DNA of 64,000 bases from Minisyncoccota bacterium (GTDB lineage Archaea; Nanobdellota; Nanobdellia; Pacearchaeales; GW2011-AR1). Below, piece by piece: positions 9,721 to 18,069 of the stretch. Made by a program: the position numbers and the translations under genes. The notes below the pieces were generated by a model. The model saw only the letters and a list, made by a program, of their open reading frames with translations. It was not told the DNA's origin and did no database searches. How positions within the stretch are numbered: position 1 is the first letter of the stretch; each line of letters opens with the position of its first letter. The stretch is from NCBI GenBank assembly GCA_035453125.1, contig DAOTCN010000002.1:138715-202714 (forward strand). The letters run 5' to 3'.

Positions 9721-10758
9721 TTAATCTATTTTATTCTTTTCGGTATACCATTTAATTAAACAAACATTTGTTACCCATGTGTTAAGAATATCTGTTGAAA
9801 GACCAATTGCAATTATAAAAAATAATTGAAAAAAAACTTCTGAAAATGAAGAAGTAATCAAAAGACCAATCAAGACAACAGACAATGAAGTAAGTGTCAT
9901 TGTTATGCCTGTTTTAAATGAACTAAAAATCCTTGAGTTAATACCCCCTCCTTTTCTTTTTAGTACTCTTGTTGTTAAAAGTATATCGGTATCTACACTA
10001 TAACCAATTAACATCATAAAAGCAACAATACCTGCTGTTGAAAGTTCCATCCCAATTAAATTAACTACTGATAAAGTCATAAACAAATCAGCAAATGCAC
10101 ATATCATAATCAAAAATGCAGGAATACTATACTTAATGTAAATTAAAGAAGAAATTACTAAAAAAACAAATGATAAAATAAATGCTAAATTGATAGGTAT
10201 TATTCTTAACATAAAAAATAAAACAGGCACTAATGAAGCAAGAAAAATAACTAATAATTTCATTTTTAAATTATCTGAAAAAATAAAAAATAGTACTGCT
10301 CCCATAAATAAGAAAGAAAAAATAACTGCCAAAATTAATTGAGTATATGAATCTCCTGCAATTGTTGAACCAGTAAATTCTATGCTGCTATTCTTATCAT
10401 CTAACTTAAATCCCAAATATTCTTCTAAAAAAGGAGTTATTTCTTCAGGTTTTAATTTTGTTTCAACAATAAATGCAACTTGTTCTCCTGTTAAAATATT
10501 AGATACTTGTCTTATTGAAACATCACCAAATTTTTCATCAAGAACTTTTTCTAAAGCTGAAATACTAGTATTAGAAGTTATTTGGATAGATGTTCCTCCT
10601 GTTAGAGTAATGTCTTTCTTTATTAAGTCTCCATTTTGATTATAAAAAGAAACCATGAATACTGTGCATATTAAAAGTATAACTGCAGGTACAATAAGTA
10701 TTTTTTTATAATTTTTATTAAAAAAATTGTTTATTTTTTCTTTTGTTGAATCTTTCAT
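9721..10758 (-). CDS. secF: protein-export membrane protein SecF
   Basis: 345 aa with N-terminal TM, extracytoplasmic domain and C-terminal TM bundle (GYSVDTDILLTTRVLKRK). Adjacent to secD. Confidence 0.75.
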   Translation of the reverse strand: MKDSTKEKINNFFNKNYKKILIVPAVILLICTVFMVSFYNQNGDLIKKDITLTGGTSIQITSNTSISALEKVLDEKFGDVSIRQVSNILTGEQVAFIVETKLKPEEITPFLEEYLGFKLDDKNSSIEFTGSTIAGDSYTQLILAVIFSFLFMGAVLFFIFSDNLKMKLLVIFLASLVPVLFFMLRIIPINLAFILSFVFLVISSLIYIKYSIPAFLIMICAFADLFMTLSVVNLIGMELSTAGIVAFMMLIGYSVDTDILLTTRVLKRKGGGINSRIFSSFKTGITMTLTSLSVVLIGLLITSSFSEVFFQLFFIIAIGLSTDILNTWVTNVCLIKWYTEKNKID

Positions 10759-10803
10759 TTGAACAAAAATTGTGAGTTATACTTACTTTTAAATTTAACT
10801 AAA

Positions 10804-10898
10804 TGCACCAGCCGGGAGTCGAACCCGGGTCATCTGGTCTCTTCAACTTTAAATAACGATTTGGAAGCCAGAGATACTAACCACTATACTACCGGTGC
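10804..10898 (-). tRNA. tRNA-Gly(TCC) with an approx. 23-nt intron at the canonical 37/38 position
   Basis: Minus strand: GCACCGG TA GTAT AGTGGTTA GTAT C TCTGG CTTCCA[intron AATCGTTATTTAAAGTTGAAGAG]A CCAGA TGAC CCGGG TTCGACT CCCGG CTGGTGC A. Acceptor, anticodon and T stems all pair. Confidence 0.85.
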
Positions 10899-10920
10899 AA
10901 TTAGATTACATAATAAACAC

Positions 10921-11151
10921 TAAAATTTAGTTTAATAAACCTTTCTCAAGCACTTCTGAAAGACACTAAAAATTCAATCTAAATTTTAGTAACCCTTAAT
11001 TCTTACAAATGTAGGTATTTGAAAAATCCTTCCTAGAATATAAGCGCTCCCGGAAGGCACTAAAAAATCTTTTAGATTTTTGGTGACCATTCGCACTAAT
11101 GTGCTCATGTATTTGAAAAATCCTTCCTAGAATATAAGCGCTCCCGGAAGG
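10921..11151. repeat. tandem repeat (94-bp period, about 2.4 units) built from a tRNA 3' end plus trailer and a hairpin
   Basis: The 43-mer gtatttgaaaaatccttcctagaatataagcgctcccggaagg is identical at 11015-11057 and 11109-11151. The 51-nt spacers (10964-11014, 11058-11108) are diverged homologues, each with a CACTAAAAA..TTTTTAGTG-type hairpin. A degenerate third copy lies at about 10940-10963. Confidence 0.85.
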
Positions 11152-11179
11152 ATTTGAACCTTCGACCTTTGGGTTAGGA
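11139..11179 (-). pseudogene. 3' portion (about positions 33-73) of an interrupted tRNA-Arg(CCT) paralogue ('tRNA-X')
   Basis: Minus strand: TCCTAA CCCAA AGGTC GAAGG TTCAAAT CCTTC CGGGAGC G. The T arm pairs. The acceptor 3' strand is perfectly complementary to GCTCCCG at 12278-12272. Confidence 0.7.
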
Positions 11180-11254
11180 CGCCCCCGGTAGGAATTGAAC
11201 CTACAACCTTCAGCTTAGGATGCTGCTGCGCTATCCAGATTGCGCCACGAGGGC
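11180..11254 (-). tRNA. tRNA-Arg(CCT), intact
   Basis: Minus strand: GCCCTCG TG GCGC AATCTGGATA GCGC A GCAGC ATCCTAA GCTGA AGGTT GTAGG TTCAATT CCTAC CGGGGGC G. The cloverleaf is complete, with one G-U in the acceptor and one G/A at 27:43. Confidence 0.85.
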
Positions 11255-12220
11255 AAAATTTTTTAAGTTCCTACTATTTGAAGAACCTATCTCGTTAATC
11301 CATTTACTCAATTGTTTTGTACCTTTTAATTTTAGCTGTTCTACCCCTGTTTTGTTCATATAATGAATTACTTTATAACCTTGATTAAGGAGTATACTAC
11401 TTATTTGCCTTATTAAGATTGGAGATTTTAATGAAATTGAAATACAAGGATATGGTTTACCTGCAGGAGTCTTATCAAAATAAACACACCCATCTGTATC
11501 AAGTATACCTTTTATAACATACTTAGTTTTATTAAATTCGAGATTATATATTTTATTTGAAATCTGTAGATTAACTTTTTTTCCTATAGGAAAACCTAAC
11601 TGAGTATTTAATTTTTGAATGAGTATTTTGTGTCCAAGATTAATCTCAACAGAATTGTTTTTAGGTCTTAATTTTAAATAAGCTTCTCTTTTTAATAAAT
11701 CTTTAATTAATTTTTTAAGATAAATAAAATACTCCTTATCTTTAGATAAATTACCACTTAAACCGACAAGATAAAACTTTTTTTCTTTGTGATTTATAAT
11801 ACTTAACCAACCATCACCTAATAAGGCTCCATAAAGTTCTAAGAATTTTACATTTTCAAAATCTATGATAAAACTACTTTCTTTTTGTTTTCTTATAATT
11901 GATGAATTTTTTATTCCTTTTTTTTGTCTTCTTATAATTTCATCATCACCATATTTTCCTTTAATTATCTTGTATGTCTTTCTACCTCCCTTTACACTTC
12001 CCCAATTATCTGTTTTTTTGTCTAAAAAAACTATTGAAGAATACAATTCTTGAGGTATAAGATTAATTGGCAAATAACAATTAGAATAACAGTATTTATC
12101 TAATCTACTTTTTGAAACATTCAATTTTTTAGACAATTCTAAAAGAGAATTACAATTATTTTCTTTTTTAAGAAAATCAAAAAGGATTTTTTTATTTTCT
12201 TTTGATATTAAAACCCTCAT
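11231..12220 (-). CDS. double-motif LAGLIDADG homing endonuclease with an N-terminal HTH-like extension
   Basis: Two LAGLIDADG motifs, LELYGALLGDGWL and VIKGILDTDGCVY, spaced about 100 aa apart. 329 aa. The last 8 codons plus stop (ALVAQSG*) are the first 24 nt of tRNA-Arg(CCT). Confidence 0.85.
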   Translation of the reverse strand: MRVLISKENKKILFDFLKKENNCNSLLELSKKLNVSKSRLDKYCYSNCYLPINLIPQELYSSIVFLDKKTDNWGSVKGGRKTYKIIKGKYGDDEIIRRQKKGIKNSSIIRKQKESSFIIDFENVKFLELYGALLGDGWLSIINHKEKKFYLVGLSGNLSKDKEYFIYLKKLIKDLLKREAYLKLRPKNNSVEINLGHKILIQKLNTQLGFPIGKKVNLQISNKIYNLEFNKTKYVIKGILDTDGCVYFDKTPAGKPYPCISISLKSPILIRQISSILLNQGYKVIHYMNKTGVEQLKLKGTKQLSKWINEIGSSNSRNLKNFALVAQSG

Positions 12221-12254
12221 AGTTTATTAAATAAATTCAAGTATTTAAAATTAC

Positions 12255-12278
12255 CTATCCAGGCTGAGCTACGGGAGC
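12255..12278 (-). pseudogene. 5' portion (positions 1 to about 22) of the interrupted tRNA-Arg(CCT) paralogue ('tRNA-X')
   Basis: Minus strand: GCTCCCG TA GCTC AGCCTGGATA G, then non-tRNA sequence GTAATTTTAAATAC. 18 of 24 nt match the 5' end of the intact tRNA-Arg, including the terminal CTGGATAG. Confidence 0.7.
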
Positions 12279-12316
12279 ATAGTTAAATTTAAATGGATTA
12301 TGTTTATTAAAAATTT

Positions 12317-12592
12317 ATGCTAACAAAAATGCTAGGAATAATTGACATATTGATTGCAATTATCTTAATTTTATTATCTGCACATGTCTTAATTCCAAAA
12401 ACAATTTTAATACTTGCAGCACTAATTTTGTTTGTTAAAGGAATCCCGATATTCAACTTAGACTTGGCTAGTTTTTTTGATATTTATGCAGCAATTCTTT
12501 TAAGTTTAAGTGTTATTTTTACAATACCCGGAATATTATTAATAATCGGTTGTTTTTTACTTATCCAGAAGGGTGCTTTGAGCCTACTTTAA
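12317..12592 (+). CDS. small membrane protein (3 TM), unknown function
   Basis: 91 aa, almost entirely hydrophobic helices. Confidence 0.4.
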   Translation: MLTKMLGIIDILIAIILILLSAHVLIPKTILILAALILFVKGIPIFNLDLASFFDIYAAILLSLSVIFTIPGILLIIGCFLLIQKGALSLL

Positions 12593-12659
12593 TCTTTTAT
12601 TGAACTACTTATACAAAAAATAACTATGTTTAAATAGATAAAATATTAGACAATTATAT

Positions 12660-12743
12660 GCGGGAGTGCCAGAGTGGTCTAATGGGATGGATTTAGGCTC
12701 CATTGGCTTAGTGCCTTCCTAGGTTCGAATCCTAGCTCCCGCA
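12660..12743 (+). tRNA. tRNA-Leu(TAG), class II (long variable arm)
   Basis: GCGGGAG...ATGGA TTTAGGC TCCAT TGGCTTAGTGCCTTC CTAGG TTCGAAT CCTAG CTCCCGC A. Confidence 0.85.
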
Positions 12744-12804
12744 TTTTCTAAGTTAATATTTAATGTTCGAAACATTTAAAAATGGTCAAAAACTGTTAAA
12801 ATTA

Positions 12805-12910
<106 letters not shown>

Positions 12911-13087
12911 ACTTGCTTTTTTTAAAATTGTTTTTTTAAAGATTAAATAATTAATCAATTCTAAGGTAATTAAATTAACAAAATAACAAAAGAGTTAATA
13001 TTATTAGTTTAACATCTCTTGGGGTGTTTTGGTTAAGAGCTTACAATAGTCTAAATAAATTTTTAAATACCTCAATTATAAGAGTTT

Positions 13088-13546
13088 ATGGAAAAAATAA
13101 AATTTGCACCCAAAGAAATTTTTGAACAGATACTGGAATGGGCAGTAATACCAACATTTGATTTAGTGATTGAATATGGAGACCAAGGAGTTATTATTGT
13201 AAAAAGAAAAATTCCACCTTATCAGAGTCAGTGGGCATTGCCTGGATTAAGGATGTTTAAGGGAGAAAATATTGAAGAAACTCTTGTTAGAATTGCCGAC
13301 AAGGAATTGGGGTTGAAAATTGATCCTTCTCAAAGAAAATTCCTAGGTCAATATGTTGGTAAATTCAGTACCGAGCATAACCGACAAGATCTATCAACAG
13401 GATATTCTATTAGAATTCAATCCCCTCAATTAATCAAACCTAATGATGATCATTTTTCTTCTATAATGCATATAACTTCCAGAGAAAAAATTCCTCCAAA
13501 GATGGGTACAATGTATAAATTTTATTTAAATAAATACTTTGATTAA
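13088..13546 (+). CDS. NUDIX-family hydrolase
   Basis: Nudix-box-like GLRMFKGENIEETLVRIADKELGLKI (Gx5Ex7..Ex..G pattern). 152 aa. Confidence 0.55.
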   Translation: MEKIKFAPKEIFEQILEWAVIPTFDLVIEYGDQGVIIVKRKIPPYQSQWALPGLRMFKGENIEETLVRIADKELGLKIDPSQRKFLGQYVGKFSTEHNRQDLSTGYSIRIQSPQLIKPNDDHFSSIMHITSREKIPPKMGTMYKFYLNKYFD

Positions 13547-13621
13547 AAATAAAATCTTCTACAAATCACAAACATTAATAATTTCTATCGTGAGGTGTGT
13601 TACCTAAAGTAAAACTTTAAA

Positions 13622-13819
13622 CTAGAATTTCTTGAATTTTGTTGTTAATTGTAAAAGATCTTTTTGACCAAGAAATACTGCCCTACAACAATATCTCTCT
13701 AAACCTAATTCATCTAAAACTTTTTTTGGGTCTTCACCCTCAGAAACTCTTCTTTTAAAGTGTTCCCATAAATGAGCAATAGGTTTACCACAACTAAAAC
13801 ATCTTATTGGAATTATCAT
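13622..13819 (-). CDS. rpoN: DNA-directed RNA polymerase subunit N (Rpo10/RpoN)
   Basis: [14 protein letters not shown]...[10 protein letters not shown], the Rpb10/RpoN zinc-bundle signature. The real start is taken at the internal Met (MIIPIRC), not the track start at 13834. Confidence 0.85.
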   Translation of the reverse strand: MIIPIRCFSCGKPIAHLWEHFKRRVSEGEDPKKVLDELGLERYCCRAVFLGQKDLLQLTTKFKKF

Positions 13820-13916
13820 AAATAATCTCCACAAAATAGACTTTTAAATCTTTTGATTTTAACTTTTAAGTTCTAATAAACCCAAAGTTTAAAAGTAAGA
13901 GACTTATCTTAAATAA

Positions 13917-14633
13917 ATGGCTCCAATATTAATGCTAAAGGATGTTGCAAAATACTATTTTATGGGAAGTAATATAGTAAAGGCATTAGATGGTGTAAAT
14001 ATTAAAATTAATAGTGGAGATTTTGTTGCTATAATGGGTCCTTCTGGAAGTGGAAAATCAACTGCAATGAATTTGACAGGTAGTTTAGATCTTGCAACAA
14101 AAGGAGATATTTTTTTAGGAAACCAAAATATTGAACATCTGTCTGAATCTGAACTTGCTCAAATAAGAGGAAGAAAAATAGGATTTATATTTCAAAGTTT
14201 TAATTTAATACCTAATCTTACTGCACTTGAAAATGTTATGTTGCCGATGTTATTTCAAGGAAAAAACAAAGAAGTAAGAGAAAAAAGAGCTGAGTTATTA
14301 TTAAAATTAGTTGATTTAGATGAAAGAAAAAACCATTATCCTAACCAACTTTCTGGAGGACAACAACAAAGAGTTGCAATTGCTAGATCTCTTGCAAATG
14401 ATCCAGAAATTATATTAGCTGATGAACCTACGGGAAATTTAGATACAAAAACTGGTGAGGTTGTAATTAATTTTTTACAGGAACTTAATAAAAAAGGTAA
14501 AACAATTATAATAATAACTCATGATCCTCATCTTGCAGAATCTCATGCAAAAAAAATTTATTGGATAATTGATGGAAAAATTAATAAAGTTACTGAAAAA
14601 GTAAATGGTTATTGGAAAATAGTTAAAGATTAA
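13917..14633 (+). CDS. ABC transporter ATP-binding protein (MacB/LolD-like)
   Basis: Walker A GPSGSGKST, signature LSGGQQQRVAIARSL, Walker B ILADEPTGNLD. Confidence 0.9.
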   Translation: MAPILMLKDVAKYYFMGSNIVKALDGVNIKINSGDFVAIMGPSGSGKSTAMNLTGSLDLATKGDIFLGNQNIEHLSESELAQIRGRKIGFIFQSFNLIPNLTALENVMLPMLFQGKNKEVREKRAELLLKLVDLDERKNHYPNQLSGGQQQRVAIARSLANDPEIILADEPTGNLDTKTGEVVINFLQELNKKGKTIIIITHDPHLAESHAKKIYWIIDGKINKVTEKVNGYWKIVKD

Positions 14634-14702
14634 AACAAGTCACTTTAATTCTATAATTTTTTATGCAATAAACCTTATAAACTGATTTATTATGAAAAAA
14701 AC

Positions 14703-15572
14703 ATGGAAAATAGGATAATTATTTTTAGTATTTTTGTTTTAATAATAATTTCTAATGTCTCAGGAATTATAATAAATGATGTTGATCAATCAAAAATCTA
14801 TCCTGGTGAGGCTGGAACTTTAAATATTGAATTAAAAAACAACCTTAAACAAGATGTTGAAGATATATCATTTATAATTGATCTATCAAAATTATCTTTT
14901 AGTACTGTTGGAAGTTCTGAAAAAAGTATCAATGAAATTGAGGAAGATGAAGAAGAAAATATTGAGATTATAATAAAACCTGCTCAGGATATTAAACCGG
15001 GAGAATATAATTTACCATATAAATTAAATTATTATTTAACTGATGATTCTACATCTTATTTGAATAATAGTCAATTAATTGAAAAAACAGGAACAATAGG
15101 TATTACTGTTGGAGCAAAAACAGAATTATCTTACTCTGTTAATACTGAAAACTCAATAATAGGAAGCAGAGGAAAGATTAACCTCAAAATAATAAATAAG
15201 GGTTTAGGTGACACTAAATTTGTTAATGTAAAAATTATTCCTGATGGATTTAGTCTTCTTTCAAATGAAGAAATTTATATTGGAACAATTAGTTCAGATG
15301 ATTTTGAAACAGCTACATTTGATGTAATGTTTAATAATCAAAAACCTTATCTAAATGCTCTTGTTAATTACAAAGATCTTGAAAATAAAGAATATCAACA
15401 AAATGTTAAATTGCCTATTAAAGTTTATACAAGAGAAGAGGCTTTATCACTTGGATTAATTAAAAAAAATATTAGCTGGATTTATTTAATTTTTTTAATT
15501 TTAATTGTTTTAATGTATTTAATTTATAAAAAATTTAAAAAAAATAAAAAGAAAAAACAGCAAGAGTTATAG
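14703..15572 (+). CDS. secreted/cell-surface protein with C-terminal TM anchor (COG1361/CARDB-like beta-domains)
   Basis: N-terminal signal-like segment, repeated beta-rich segments, and a C-terminal TM helix plus a KKFKKNKKKK tail. No ABC permease follows. Confidence 0.45.
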   Translation: MENRIIIFSIFVLIIISNVSGIIINDVDQSKIYPGEAGTLNIELKNNLKQDVEDISFIIDLSKLSFSTVGSSEKSINEIEEDEEENIEIIIKPAQDIKPGEYNLPYKLNYYLTDDSTSYLNNSQLIEKTGTIGITVGAKTELSYSVNTENSIIGSRGKINLKIINKGLGDTKFVNVKIIPDGFSLLSNEEIYIGTISSDDFETATFDVMFNNQKPYLNALVNYKDLENKEYQQNVKLPIKVYTREEALSLGLIKKNISWIYLIFLILIVLMYLIYKKFKKNKKKKQQEL

Positions 15573-15666
15573 AGTGTTGTTTAGATATTAATTTCTATTT
15601 TTAAAAACGAATAAGTTTAAAAAGATGGTTCGAGTTTAAAAAATATTAAATTAAAAAGAGTGGTCT

Positions 15667-15843
15667 ATGACAAAAAAATGCATATATTGTAAATGTGAAA
15701 TTCCTGAAGGAAGTGTTATTGATTTCTGCGAAAAATGTGGTGTTGGTGTATGGGGACATAAAATGTTTAAAACAATTGTAGAAAGTATGGAAAATGCAAG
15801 AAGTAATGGAAATCTTAATCAAGGGTCAATAAGCTGTAATTAG
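15667..15843 (+). CDS. small zinc-ribbon protein (58 aa), not in the ORF track
   Basis: ATG at 15667, TAG at 15841-15843. Translation is MTKKCIYCKCEIPEGSVIDFCEKCGVGVWGHKMF..., with two CxxC pairs. Confidence 0.5.
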   Translation: MTKKCIYCKCEIPEGSVIDFCEKCGVGVWGHKMFKTIVESMENARSNGNLNQGSISCN

Positions 15844-15925
15844 ACTAACAATTCTTAAATTCTATAATAGGAAGGCTTTTAAAGGCACTATTTTTAGATA
15901 ATTAATAACATAAGTATTGAATAAA

Positions 15926-16186
15926 ATGCCTAGAAAGAAACATGTAAGGGAGAGAGGAAAGTTAAATTTTAGTGAATACTTTAAAGATTTAAAGGTTGGT
16001 GAAAAGGTTGCATTAGTAAAAGAACCTTCGGTTAAATCAGGTTTCCATAAAAGAATGCAGGGAAGAACAGGAGTTATAATTGGAAAACAAGGAAGGAGTT
16101 ATATTGTAAAAGTAAATGATTTGAATATGGAGAAGAAATTGATATTACCTCCAATTCATCTAAAAAGAATAAAAACTGGAGATTAA
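15926..16186 (+). CDS. rpl21e: 50S ribosomal protein L21e
   Basis: MPRKKHVRERGKL...GFHKRMQGRTGVIIGKQGRSYIV. ATG at 15926 is preferred over the TTG at 15917. Confidence 0.85.
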   Translation: MPRKKHVRERGKLNFSEYFKDLKVGEKVALVKEPSVKSGFHKRMQGRTGVIIGKQGRSYIVKVNDLNMEKKLILPPIHLKRIKTGD

Positions 16187-16188
16187 AA

Positions 16189-16491
16189 ATGATAAAAGAA
16201 ATGAAACCCCTTAGTTTAGCAGAATCAAAAATGATGATTGAATCAAATGAGGAAAATGAAAAAATTAATGAATATTTAAAAAGATTTTCAAAAATAAAAC
16301 AAAAAGATATGGAAAAGCTTAAAGAAGAAATTTTAAGTTTAGATAATCATAAAATAAAACAAGATCATATAACTAAAATAATTGATTTTTTGCCCGAAGA
16401 TGCTTCTGATATAAATAAAATATTCACCGATATAAGCTTAGAAGACAATGAGATTAAACAAATTATTGAAATTGTTGCAAAGTACAAATAA
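16189..16491 (+). CDS. rpoF: RNA polymerase subunit F (Rpo4/RpoF)-like
   Basis: 100-aa acidic helical protein in the conserved archaeal position between L21e and DUF655. C-terminal pattern is LPEDASDINKIF...EIKQIIEIV. Confidence 0.55.
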   Translation: MIKEMKPLSLAESKMMIESNEENEKINEYLKRFSKIKQKDMEKLKEEILSLDNHKIKQDHITKIIDFLPEDASDINKIFTDISLEDNEIKQIIEIVAKYK

Positions 16492-16493
16492 AA

Positions 16494-17036
16494 ATGAAAC
16501 AAAAAGAAGAATATGCGATAATCTTAGATTATCTTCCATATGGTTATCCTTTAGAGGGGAAGATGATGCCTATAGCTCAAGCTGTAGGTGAAAATAATTT
16601 TGTACTTCTGCAATTAATACCTAGAAAAGGAGAAACACTACAAATAAAAGAAAAAGTATACATAGGTGATGGAAAAAGAGACAAAATATACTATATTCTA
16701 GGAAGACTACCTATGGACAAAATTACTGAAAATGCTAAATCACATTTAGAAGAATTTATAACTGAAAAGGTTGAAGAAAAAGAAAAAGAATTTATTGAAT
16801 TCTTTAACAAGTCATCTGCAATTAATACAAGAATACATCAAATTGAGTTACTTCCAGGTTATGGAAAAAAACATATGAAAGAAATATTAAAAGCAAGAGA
16901 GGAAAAAGAATTTGAAAGTTTTGAGGATTTAAAAAAAAGAATTCCTAATCTACCTGATCCTAAAGTAGCAATTCAAAAAAGAATTATGGAAGAACTAACA
17001 GGGGAGGAAAGACATATCTTATTTATCCAAGTATAG
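16494..17036 (+). CDS. DUF655 / COG1491 putative RNA-binding protein
   Basis: EYAIILDYLPYGYP N-terminus and an HhH-like ELLPGYGKKHMKEILKARE segment. Conserved synteny after rpoF. Confidence 0.7.
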   Translation: MKQKEEYAIILDYLPYGYPLEGKMMPIAQAVGENNFVLLQLIPRKGETLQIKEKVYIGDGKRDKIYYILGRLPMDKITENAKSHLEEFITEKVEEKEKEFIEFFNKSSAINTRIHQIELLPGYGKKHMKEILKAREEKEFESFEDLKKRIPNLPDPKVAIQKRIMEELTGEERHILFIQV

Positions 17037-17071
17037 TAAGGTTTATAACAGGTGTTAGGTAAAAATAAAAA

Positions 17072-17575
17072 ATGGAAAAGATTCAAGATAAAGTAAATAA
17101 AGGAAAAGAAGAAGTTGCTAAAAAATATGAAGAAAAAAGTAAAAATGAAGTTTTAGTTAGAATTCTTTCAACAGACATTCCTGGAAGTAAAAATGTCTAT
17201 ATTGGACTTACAAGAATAAGAGGCATTTCTTACAATATATCTAATGCTATTCTACATATATTAAAACTTGATAAAAACAGGAAAATAAGTAGTTTATCAA
17301 AAGAAGAAATAGAATTGATATCTAAAACAATAAAAGAGCTAAAGATTCCTGAATTTCTAATGAATAGAAGAAAGGATTATGATACTGGAGAATCAAAACA
17401 TCTAACATCTACAGAACTTGATTTAAGAAAAGAATTTGATATAAAAAGACTGAAAAAAATAAAATCTTATAAAGGAATTAGACATACAAGAGGATTACCT
17501 GTAAGAGGTCAAAGAACAAAAAGTCATTTTAGAAAAAAGGGAAAGAAAAAAGCTGTAGGAGTTAATAAAAAATGA
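17072..17575 (+). CDS. rps13: 30S ribosomal protein S13 (uS13)
   Basis: VRILSTDIPGSKNVYIGLTRIRGIS...IRHTRGLPVRGQRTK. Confidence 0.9.
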   Translation: MEKIQDKVNKGKEEVAKKYEEKSKNEVLVRILSTDIPGSKNVYIGLTRIRGISYNISNAILHILKLDKNRKISSLSKEEIELISKTIKELKIPEFLMNRRKDYDTGESKHLTSTELDLRKEFDIKRLKKIKSYKGIRHTRGLPVRGQRTKSHFRKKGKKKAVGVNKK

Positions 17576-18069
17576 AAAGAAAACATAAACAATTTAGTAA
17601 ACCTAGAAAAATGTATGATTCAGTAAGAATAGGGGATGAAAATAAGATTGTTGCTAAATATGGATTAAAAAACAAAAGAGAAATTTGGAAAGCAAAGGCA
17701 AAATTAGAAATAATAAGAAATATTGCCAAAAAAGTTATTTATAGTGATGAGGAAACAAAATCAAAATTAATAAATAAACTAAAACAACAAGGATTTAATA
17801 TTTCAGACCCTGTAGAGATTCTTGCTTTGACTGAAGAAGATATTTTGAAGAGAAGACTTCAAACAATTCTTGTAACAAAAAAACTTGCTACAACAGCTAA
17901 AGGTGCAAGACAAATGATTATTCATAAAAAGGTTTTTGTGGATAATCGAATTGTTAGTATTCCCTCATATATGGTTCAAACAAATGAAGAAAGTAAAATA
18001 AAAATTTTAAAACAAGAAAAAAATAAACTAGAAAAAGAGTTGAAATTAGGAGAAGAACAAAATGAATAA
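17572..18069 (+). CDS. rps4: 30S ribosomal protein S4 (uS4)
   Basis: Position in the S13-S4-S11 block. S4-domain segment RRLQTILVTKKLATTAKGARQMIIHKKVFVDNRIV. Confidence 0.85.
   Translation: MKRKHKQFSKPRKMYDSVRIGDENKIVAKYGLKNKREIWKAKAKLEIIRNIAKKVIYSDEETKSKLINKLKQQGFNISDPVEILALTEEDILKRRLQTILVTKKLATTAKGARQMIIHKKVFVDNRIVSIPSYMVQTNEESKIKILKQEKNKLEKELKLGEEQNE

Larger units (their letters stand above)
11180..12254 (-). mobile_element. candidate homing-endonuclease cassette (AT-box + LAGLIDADG ORF + tRNA-Arg(CCT)) lying between the two halves of tRNA-X
   Basis: The segment is bounded by the tRNA-X 5' piece (12278-12255) and the tRNA-X 3' piece (11179-11139). See the findings. Confidence 0.5.

Noticed and set aside
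10899-10963. Additional tRNA between tRNA-Gly and the tandem repeat
   Set aside because: The segment only carries a degenerate copy of the tRNA-X 3'-end/trailer unit. No acceptor or T-arm pairing could be formed.
14703-15572. The 289-aa gene after the ABC ATPase as the missing ABC permease
   Set aside because: It has only an N-terminal signal-like helix and one C-terminal TM helix with a large beta-rich ectodomain. It is not a polytopic FtsX/MacB-type permease.
15917-15925. Upstream TTG/GTG extensions proposed by the ORF track for several genes (15917, 20587, 34984, 50109, 54536, 58090, 59086; also 13834 and 53062)
   Set aside because: In each case an in-frame ATG a few codons downstream gives the conserved family N-terminus or follows a Shine-Dalgarno-like box. 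At 34984 the extension would also overlap the upstream stop codon. The shorter starts were used.
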